Assembly: GCA_051294375.1 (NCBI GenBank)
Contig: CM119265.1
Coordinates: 14,066,124 to 14,130,123 of the forward strand
Source: Paraspadella gotoi
Lineage: Eukaryota; Animalia; Chaetognatha
DNA length: 64,000 bases
Reading direction: 5' to 3'
A program made the translations under genes and the position numbers. The notes beneath the pieces were generated by a model. The model saw only the letters and a program-made list of their open reading frames with translations, had not been told where the DNA came from and ran no database searches. Every line of letters begins with the position of its first letter. Position 1 is the stretch's first letter. Positions 55,551 to 64,000 of this stretch are shown here, piece by piece.

Positions 55551-56128
55551 ATGGATTCTAGAATGATTATATCTCTATAAGTTTAATACGATAATTCAGG
55601 TTATGTCATGCATATTCAAATGAAAATTAATTTATTATCTCATATTCTTTTATATTTTGGTTTATGGATTAATCTGTGTAATGTATATTTTACATTTACA
55701 AATAATTACAAGATTAACAAGAACAACTTAAAATAAAAAACTATAAATTTGAATATCGTGAAAAAATTATTTAAATATCTCTCATAATTAGAGCCATGGA
55801 TAACAACTAACCAGACTCGAAGATAATAACTCCTGCTCAGTCTCACCACAATTTTTACTGACGAACAACCACATCACTTATGGAACACATAAATGGTAAT
55901 TTTAAACCAAAGAGACATCTCTGAGAATAATGTTTCCCTCTTTGTAAACAAAAGGTTTCTTATGTAGAAATAGTTTTGTTGAGATTTGAAATCCATTCTC
56001 TAAAGCAGTTTGGATGGCCTCAGTGCTTGGGAATCCCGATTGTTCCAGTTTCCGATTCCCGGGTTCGAAATCCCGTGGAAGATGGATTTCCTTCATGAAG
56101 GAACATGGTTCCACTCGAGGAGGCCGCA

Positions 56129-57227
56129 TTTCTGGCCAAGTCATTAACCTGCAGCATAAGCCGAGTTATGAACATTTTAAACGTAAGTGGGATAGACCAA
56201 CTGACCGACCAAACAAACGCCCGACCAAAAGGTGACTTATACAGATGCACATAGAAACACTAAAGACTTGCCAATTCACACGTCGAATCCCATGCCATTG
56301 CCTCTTGATCCGCGGATGTGGGCTCCAAGTTCAGGGAGTTATTTTCTTATCAATCTACGAATTTGGCCTCCAAGTCCCTGATGCCATTGCCTCTTGATCC
56401 GCGGATTTTGGCCTCCAAGTTCATGGAGTTATTTCTTTCAATCTACGAATTTTGGCCTCCAAGTCCCTGATGCCATTGCCTCTCAATCCGCGGATGTGGG
56501 CCTCCAAGTTCATGGAGTTATTTCTTATCAATCTACGAATTTTGGCCTCCAAGTCCCTGATGGCCCATAGCCTCTCAATCCGCGGGATGTTGGCCTCGAA
56601 GTCCCGGACGTCGTTTTCTCATTTCCTTTCGATCCGCGGATTTCGGCCTCGAGGTTTTTCAGACCTTGAGAGTTTCATGGTTTCGTGTCGAACGATAATT
56701 TTGCATTTTTGAATTAATTTTACGGATTTGAAACTCTGGAGAGTTTTTAAGTGCGCCGTTTGTTTTTGTTTTTTTTTTTGTTTTGCAGTGAAAAAAGATG
56801 ATAGTTTTCTCGAACAAAAAATACCGTCAATGTTTACTTTCACTTTTGTGATCGTGTCTTATCGAAAAAGTTGCTAAAGCAAAAAATAAGTTTAACGAAA
56901 GTTTCTTTGACAATATTTATCCGTTTGCCGGCCCCTCCCCCAAATGAGTCTTCTTCTTCCTCTCATCTATACCCCTCTTCTTCTCTCTCCTCTCTCTCCC
57001 CCTCCTCTCTTCTCCTCTCTTTCAACGACACTCCGACCTAATATGTCCGTCCGATCAAATTCATAAATTCCAAATCGTGATATGAATATGGATAATTTGC
57101 CGCCTCGTTCTCGTTCTGCTTGCATCGGTGTTCTGCGTCACCATAATTTTTTTTTTCTTCTGTATTTCCGATTCGTTGAATTATACGCCTTCTATTTTTA
57201 CCCCTTATCTATCTTCATATCCTCCCA

Positions 57228-57300
<73 letters not shown>

Positions 57301-58390
57301 TCTCTCTCTCTCTCTCTCTCTCTCAGTCGTCCTTACTTTGCGTTTTCATGGATTTTTCCTCTTCAAAAAAAATTATGGTGACGCAGAACACCGATGCAAG
57401 AGCAGAACGAGAACGAGGCGGCAAATTATCCATATTCATATCACGATTTGGAATTTATGAATTTGATCGGACGGACATATTAGGTCGGAGTGTCGTTGAA
57501 AGAGAGGAAGAGAGGAGGGGGAGAGAGAGAGAGAGAGAGAGGGGTATAGAATGAGAGGGAAGAAGAAGCTCATTTGGGGGAGGGGGCCGGCAAACGGATA
57601 AATATTGTCAAAGAAACTTTCGTTAAACTTATTTTTTGCTTTAGCAACTTTTTCGATAAGACACGATCACAAAAATGAAAGTAAACATTGACGGTATTTT
57701 TTGTTCGAGAGAAACTATCATCTTTTTTTCACTGCAAAACAAAAAAAAAACAAAAACAAAAAACGGCGCACTTAAAAACTCTCCAGAGTTTCAAATCCGT
57801 AAAATTAATTCAAAAATGCAAAATTATCGTTCGACACGAAACCATGAAACTCTCAAGGTCTGAAAAACCTCGAGGCCGAAATCCGCGGATCGAAAGGAAA
57901 TGAGAAAACGACGTCCGGGACTTCGAGGCCAACATCCGCGGATTGAGAGGCTATGGGCCATCAGGGACTTGGAGGCCAAAATTCGTAGATTGATAAGAAA
58001 TAACTCCATGAACTTGGAGGCCCACATCCGCGGATTGAGAGGCAATGGCATCAGGGACTTGGAGGCCAAAATTCGTAGATTGAAAAGAAATAACTCCATG
58101 AACTTGGAGGCCAAAATCCGCGGATCAAGAGGCAATGGCATCAGGGACTTGGAGGCCAAATTCGTAGATTGATAAGAAATAACTCCCTGAACTTGGAGGC
58201 CCACATCCGCGGATCAAGAGGCAATGGCATGGATTCGACGTGTGAATTGGCAAGTCTTTAGTGTTTCTATGTGCATCTGTATAAGTCACCTTTTGGTCGG
58301 GCGTTTGTTTGGTCGGTCAGTTGGTCTATCCCACTTACGTTTAAAATGTTCATAACTCGGCTTATGCTGCAGGTTAATACTTGGCAGAAA
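56129..58390. repeat. Inverted duplication 2: ~1.03-kb arms (56129-57154 / 57365-58390) with a 210-bp spacer nearly identical to that of duplication 1
   Basis: Arms are reverse complements (…CACCATAATTTTTTTT | AAAAAAAATTATGGTG…); the spacer TTCTTCTGTATTTCCGATTCG…(CT)n…CATGGATTTTTCCTC matches 42433-42629. Confidence 0.92.
56290..56610. repeat. 90-bp tandem repeat (two ~45-bp subunits, ~3.5 copies); mirrored at ~57910-58230
   Basis: ATGCCATTGCCTCT…GGCCTCCAAGTTCATGGAGTTATTTCTT…GGCCTCCAAGTCCCTG recurs every 90 nt. Confidence 0.88.
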
Positions 58391-59175
58391 GGTGCTTAAT
58401 GTGCATATGTTTCATACTTGTGCAGTCACATTGTCGTATGAAAAAGCATCTACAAAAGAAAGTTAATGAGGCACAACACGTTGAACTCCTCGGTTCTTCT
58501 CCTTTTTTTTGTTTTGCGCCAGAGGAGGCTACAAAAGTAAGCAGAGGACGCCCCATTCCGACGCGCACAACGTTCGCGTTGGGGGGGACGGCGGGGACGC
58601 CAACGCACTCCAGCGATCGATAGACCTTGCCTCTGACGCTATGACTTGCTGGTGCAACCGCCGCAGTCCGCAAGATTTCTACCTCACTGGTCGATATCCA
58701 AGACTAACGCTTGTCACCGTCAGTAACTTTTCGTTTCTTAACCTCTTTCAACTTACCTTTCTTCTTCCTCACCTCTTCACCTTCTCTCCTTTTACACTCC
58801 AGTCGGCTCAAAACCTCACCTCCGCTCCACCTCGCTTGCGCTCCACCTTAACTCCACTCAGGACGAAGCGACGACGACAAAATAGAATTTCATCGCTTTT
58901 CCCTCGCTGACGTCGAGAAAAATTATTTATTAATAACTCTCTGTCGAAGCCACATCTGAAAATTAGTAAGCGGGGATTAAAAAAAAAAAAAGCGCACTAA
59001 TTCTAAATTACATATAACGCTTTAATGAAATTGTTGTAATCCGAAAATCTTCAGAATAGGATTAATACCTAATTCAGTAATGAACTAAAGTCATTTATTT
59101 TTTTAATTTATCTAAAGTCTTGTAGTCGGGCATTGCCTAGGTTCACCCCGCCTATAAGCATGACCTTCAGTCCTG

Positions 59176-59236
59176 ACCTGGTGGCTCATTGAGTAAAGCC
59201 ATCAGCTCATGACCACTAGGTACCGGGTTCAATCCC
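59176..59236 (+). promoter_or_regulatory. tRNA-like internal Pol III promoter (A-box-like TGGCTCATTGAG 59182-59193; B box GGTTCAATCC 59226-59235), repeated at ~59588-59641
   Basis: Box sequences and spacing resemble tRNA D and T arms; no T4 terminator within the unit. Confidence 0.7.
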
Positions 59237-59252
59237 AACCTGTACCTACCCT

Positions 59253-59334
59253 GCGGGAAGCGTCAGAGGACGGCCGTAAGCCGCCTTGGGGGCGTGGCCA
59301 ACCCCTCAAGCCTGGTTCCAAGCCCAGGACCCGT
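59253..59334 (+). ncRNA. Twister-like self-cleaving ribozyme, P5-permuted, copy 1 (predicted cut T59277/A59278)
   Basis: P5 GCGGG/CCCGT; GAGGA; TAA; GCC; P3 TTGGGGG/CCCCTCAA; G-CCTGG-T-TCC-AA-GC-CCAGG-A. T1 (TCC with GGA) and T2 (GC with GC) can form. P2 is imperfect and P4 has 5 bp rather than the usual 4. Confidence 0.65.
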
Positions 59335-59659
59335 TCCATGGCACTAAAGGGGGTTATAGAAGTTACGGATAGTCATCTTCAGCCCACTTAGCGCCTTATC
59401 CACACTGGTGAGCCCATCCTGTCGAGCGTATTCCAACCTTCTGATTCCAGGCCCATGGACGTGCTGAAAATTGCTCCCCTCCCTCACTGCGAAGCAGGCA
59501 GGGTGGGTTACAATCTGGGGGGCATGTAGTCGGGCATTGCCTAGGTTCACCCCGCCTATAAGCATGACACCTTCAGTCCTGACCCGGTGGCTCATTGAGT
59601 AAAGCCATCAGCTCATGACCACTAGGTACCGGGTTCAATCCCAACCTGGTACCTACCCT

Positions 59660-59739
59660 GCGGGAAGCGTGAGGAAGGCCGTAAGCCGGCCTTGGGGGCG
59701 TGGCAACCCCTCAAGCCTGGTTCCAAGCCCAGGACCCGT
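59660..59739 (+). ncRNA. Twister-like ribozyme, copy 2 (predicted cut T59682/A59683)
   Basis: Same elements as copy 1: GCGGG-AA-GCGT-GAGGA-aggccg-TAA-GCCG-GCC-P3-GCCTGGTTCCAAGCCCAGGA-CCCGT. Confidence 0.65.
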
Positions 59740-59956
59740 TCCATGGCTACTAAAAGGGGGTTATAAAGTCACGCGATAGTCATCTTCAGCCCACTTAGCG
59801 CCTTATCCACAGTCTAATCAACGTTTTGAACAAATCTAAACTTTATCTTTTACTCAGAAGGCAGTATAATCGTATAAGAATCATTCACCGGAAAAAAAAA
59901 GAAAGAAAGATAGATTTTAAGAAAGAAAGAGAGAGAGAGAGAAGAGAGAAGAGAGA

Positions 59957-59990
<34 letters not shown>

Positions 59991-60562
59991 CTGAAAAACA
60001 ATAAAAAGGTTATGCTAATTATTTTTGTGTGTGTGAGAAGAGAGAGGAAGTTAAGGCGGTGAAGATGGAATTTGAATAAGATTGGGATGAATGAAGAATT
60101 CTCTGAAAACAGAAGGGGAGAAAGATAAGTAGAACGAGGAGGAAAAAAGATGAGTAGAGCGAAATGGGGAACAACAAATACAAGAAAAGGAAGAAGATAA
60201 AAGGAAAATGGCCCTCGCTTTAAGAGAAAAATATTAATCGGGAAAAGAAAATGGAAGACGAAGTTGGATAAAAAAAATAATAAAAAGTTTAATAGCTAAG
60301 TTAAAGTCTTTACCTGTAATAAAAAGATCATTGCGTCCCACATAATTAAAAAAGTTTTACTTTAAGCAGAACTTGGCACTGTTTAAATTGTACTACATAT
60401 TTTAGTGAGAGAAGGAAAAGAGCATAAGGCATTATAAGGTAATGGGTTATGAAGAATAAAGGTTAAATTATGAGTTTATCTCACCCAGGCTCTGCGCCTG
60501 AGTTAATAAAGAGCGAGCAGGAATTTTAATCAACCCGCTTCTGCCGCCCCTACGAGTCTTTC

Positions 60563-60623
<61 letters not shown>

Positions 60624-61728
60624 GCGTTTTCCTAAACTGGGGCAAAGGTACGAGTCAAGGAATTTGCATCGAGACGAAAAATTTGGCGAGAAAATTGAGA
60701 AGCAAAAAGGAGAAAAGGAGAATTTAAAAGAGGAAATGGAGAAGAGAGATAATCGTCAAGAAGAAAAAAAAAAGAGGAAGGAGATTTGTGAAAAGTGAAT
60801 TGAAGCGACTTGAGGTGAAATGAAATGGATGTCACCGACTCGATTTTGTCGGCGGAAGAGACTAAGTTTTCATCTTTGAACCCAATCGAACTCAATGGTC
60901 CCCAGCGGAGGTCGAGGACGGCACGGGCTGATACGAGGTTCTATGGTGCAAGGTTGACTGTGAATTGAAAATCGGAAGGTTCTTTGGTGCACCATGCCGG
61001 ATCACTCTCGGAACTTGTGCGAAATCAGAAATTAAAAGGATAAAAAAAATGTACAAGAAAACGGATTAAAATACGGAATGATTATTTGATTATCTATGGG
61101 GAAAAGAAAAGAAGTTAAAGAAAAAGAAAAGAGAGAAGGAATTAACATTCTAAAAATAAAAATAAAAAGAAAAAAAAAGGGAAGAGGGAAGAAAATATAA
61201 GTTGGAGATTAAATGTAAAAAGTCTTCGGTGATGGAATTTCATCGCCCTAGGGTAAACAAGAAAAGGAGGGAGCGATGATATAAGGCGGAAAATAAGAAG
61301 GAAAGAAAAGAAAAGGAAAAAAAAGGTAAAGAAAATCAGCAGAAAACGGAAAAAAAAACGAGAGAAAATAAAAAGAGAAAGAATGAAAGAAAAAGATTAA
61401 TGAGGAAAAAGCGAGAAAAATAAGAAAAAAATATTGCGAAGTGGAATGAAGATGAGAGTAATTATATACATAGATTATAGCTTATTTAGTAAATGTATGC
61501 TTTTAAAGAAATCTGTTCCACTAGCGAAATTCAGAAACCTAAAAACAGATTGAAATGTTTGAGAACAGGTGCGGGCAGATGTCGCGTCGACAAAAAAAAA
61601 AAAAGGGCGGGAAGCGAGGACAACAGTCTGGCTGACGGCGCCATCAACGACAGTCGACGTCCGCCATGAGATACACCTGCTTCACGCACGGGAACTCAAA
61701 ATATCCTTTGTTTGACGACAGAATTTTT

Positions 61729-61784
<56 letters not shown>

Positions 61785-64000
61785 CATAGAGTTAGTTTTT
61801 CCTAATATTTACCGAGCGAATGTTTAGTTTTTGACAATGAATGAGAGAAAGAGGGAGAGAGAGATAGAGAGGGATAGAGGGCATCGAATTATAAGGGCAT
61901 CGAATTTAAAGGGCTTCGTTCGTCGATGCCAGAAATGAGCAAAAGGAGAATCTGTCTCGGTTCCGCGCGAGAGGCCAACCTTGAAATCGCAATCTGCTTT
62001 ATACGAGGGAAAATCTTGACGCTGCCACTACGGTATTTAGTAACATCCGGATGTCTCAATGATTTTAAGTTACATCCTCAGCTAATACTGGAACGGAAAC
62101 AGGTAATAAAACACAAACCGTTCTTTATCACGAACTTCATTTTTTTTCCTGATTTTTTATCAATATAATTATGGTACCATTTTATTTCTTTGTTTGTTAA
62201 GTTATTTTTCTGTACGTGCGAATGGCGGCTGTTGGAACGCAGCACGCAGATCGGAATGCGGAACTAATGACGTTCGTGGGGGAAAAAAATGAAATGAATA
62301 TTTCCTCTCGCCGACTCCGTCGTCCGCCAAGTTAAATCGTCGTCATCGTCGTCATAATCGTTGTCGTCATGATCGTGGTCGTTATCGAGTACAGAGTAAT
62401 CATGATCATTCGTCGGAGGTTTTTTTTTTGTCGTCTACGCGGTGGATATCGCAATGTATCTTTAGACTGCGTTAAAATCGGTTAAGATCGGTCGGATCAA
62501 CGCGATAGTTGATGTCGTCTTCATTGATTCAGTTGTTGTTTTTGTTGAGTATGTTGCTGTTGTTGTTGTTGTTTAAGTCATCGTCGTCATCGTCGTCATC
62601 ATCGTATTCGTCGTCGTCAGCGTCGTAATGTGTGAAAGAACAGGTGCAGTGCCATTACTTTCACCCAGAACTGCTGAGAAAGAAAAAAAAGAATAAAGAA
62701 TAAAAAAAAGGAGACGAAAGAAAAGCTAGCAAGCAACCAGCTGGTAAGCAAGCAAGCAAACAAGCTAGCGTATAAGAAAGAATCTAAAAAAAGGGGGAAA
62801 AAAGAAATAAAGAAATATGAAAGCTAAGCGAAAATTTGATTTTCTTTTTCCGGTCCAGGAACCGCGGAAGAAAAAACGAGAGAGCGGCGATGACGACGAC
62901 GACGTCATTTGTAGAGATGGCGCTCGAGGCACCGCCTCTTTTTTTTCTTCTTCTTCTCCTTTTCTCCTCGACGACGATAACGATAATGATGATGCTGATG
63001 ACTCTGATTCACCAAAGAGTCTGACCACAAAAAGTTCAAGCAGAGTTCAGGAAGAATAAAAAACGACGAACACGACGAACAATGACGACGACGACGACGA
63101 CGACGAAAAATTTGGCTTTTTCGAAAACGAGGATAAATATAAAAAAAAGAGGAAAGTGACGACAGAGATGACGACGACGACGACGACGACGACTTGGACT
63201 TTGACGACGTAGATAATGACGTCCCTCGTTGGAAAGTCTTGACTAGAGGGTCGCGGTCACGCGGGTCGTCGACGACGTGGAAAAAGGCGTCGCCTCAAAC
63301 GAGGAGAATTCCCCTCGCGGACAAGATGTGAACAACTACTTATTTTTTTCATGGCAGCGATGAAGCTTCTTCTTTTTTTTTGGTCGGCGCCATTTTGAAT
63401 TTGACGCAGACGGAAAGATTTCGATTGAGGTTTGGAGGGAAAGACTTGGAGGAGAAAAGCGATAACAGTAACCGTAACAAAAATATGGTGGAGAGATGTA
63501 CTCTATTCATTTTATGGAAACTGAACCAAAAAAAACCTTACTTAAGTACAAATGTTTTTTTTTAATGTTTAAAAAGGTTTTGTGAAATTTGTAATATTCA
63601 ATAGTTACACGAGCATACGTTTGGCCAAATTTTAAACCAGAATACGTAGGACGAAAAAAAAAAGTTAACTCAATTTCACCGCAAACGACGTCTGAATTAA
63701 ATTTCGCACCCAAATTGATGGAGAGTTTTTTTTTTTCAAACAAATTTAATGGATCCCCACAATTAGAGAAGAGTCGCGAAAAAGGAATCGATGGGGTGAA
63801 ATGATGAGAAGAAGGGGATTGGGAAAAAATGGGGACAAGAGATGATGATGATGGTAATGATGATACGATGATGGGAAGAGATACGATGGGGAAGATGGGG
63901 AAAAAAGTGGATTAAAGTGATGGGGACAAATAATAGTCACCAGAAAAAAAGATGAGGACCCAGGCCCTGGTGTTGTAAATTAATGCAATTTACACAAAGA

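Larger units (their letters stand above)
59121..59811 (+). mobile_element. Candidate non-LTR retrozyme: 1.7 tandem copies of a ~404-bp GC-rich unit with (A)GTCT target-site duplication
   Basis: TGTAGTCGGGCATTGCC starts at 59121 and 59525; copy 2 stops at CTTATCCACA; AGTCT at 59116-59120 and 59811-59815; the unit carries Pol III boxes and a twister-like motif. Confidence 0.8.

Noticed and set aside
56290-56610. CRISPR-like repeat/spacer array
   Set aside because: Intervening segments are themselves repeated, the context is eukaryotic and no cas genes are present.
59355-59385. Minus-strand CTGAAGA as a second, antisense ribozyme in the tandem unit
   Set aside because: No downstream GAAA or stem II, so ambisense viroid-like architecture is not supported.

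Overview
Animal genomic DNA with short GT-AG introns and abundant (GA)n/(GAC)n microsatellites, from an imperfect long-read gap-filled assembly. Four genes can be reconstructed exon by exon: an LRR gene (minus strand, running off the left edge) head-to-head with the bHLH-ZIP factor USF, a Mind bomb-like ankyrin/RING ligase that seems to lack its substrate-binding domains, and radial spoke protein RSPH3. The best novelty candidate is at 59121-59811: 1.7 tandem copies of a ~404-bp unit that couples a tRNA-like Pol III promoter to a circularly permuted (P5-type) twister-like ribozyme and is bounded by a 4-5 bp target-site duplication, i.e. a candidate twister retrozyme. Several other GC-rich, strongly self-complementary 150-300 bp islands lie in AT-rich DNA; one is present in two copies with compensatory changes. 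Two unrelated ~1-kb inverted duplications share the same ~200-bp central spacer. Much of 45.6-55.5 kb looks like uncorrected read sequence and its ORFs should not be trusted. All calls come from manual reading only.
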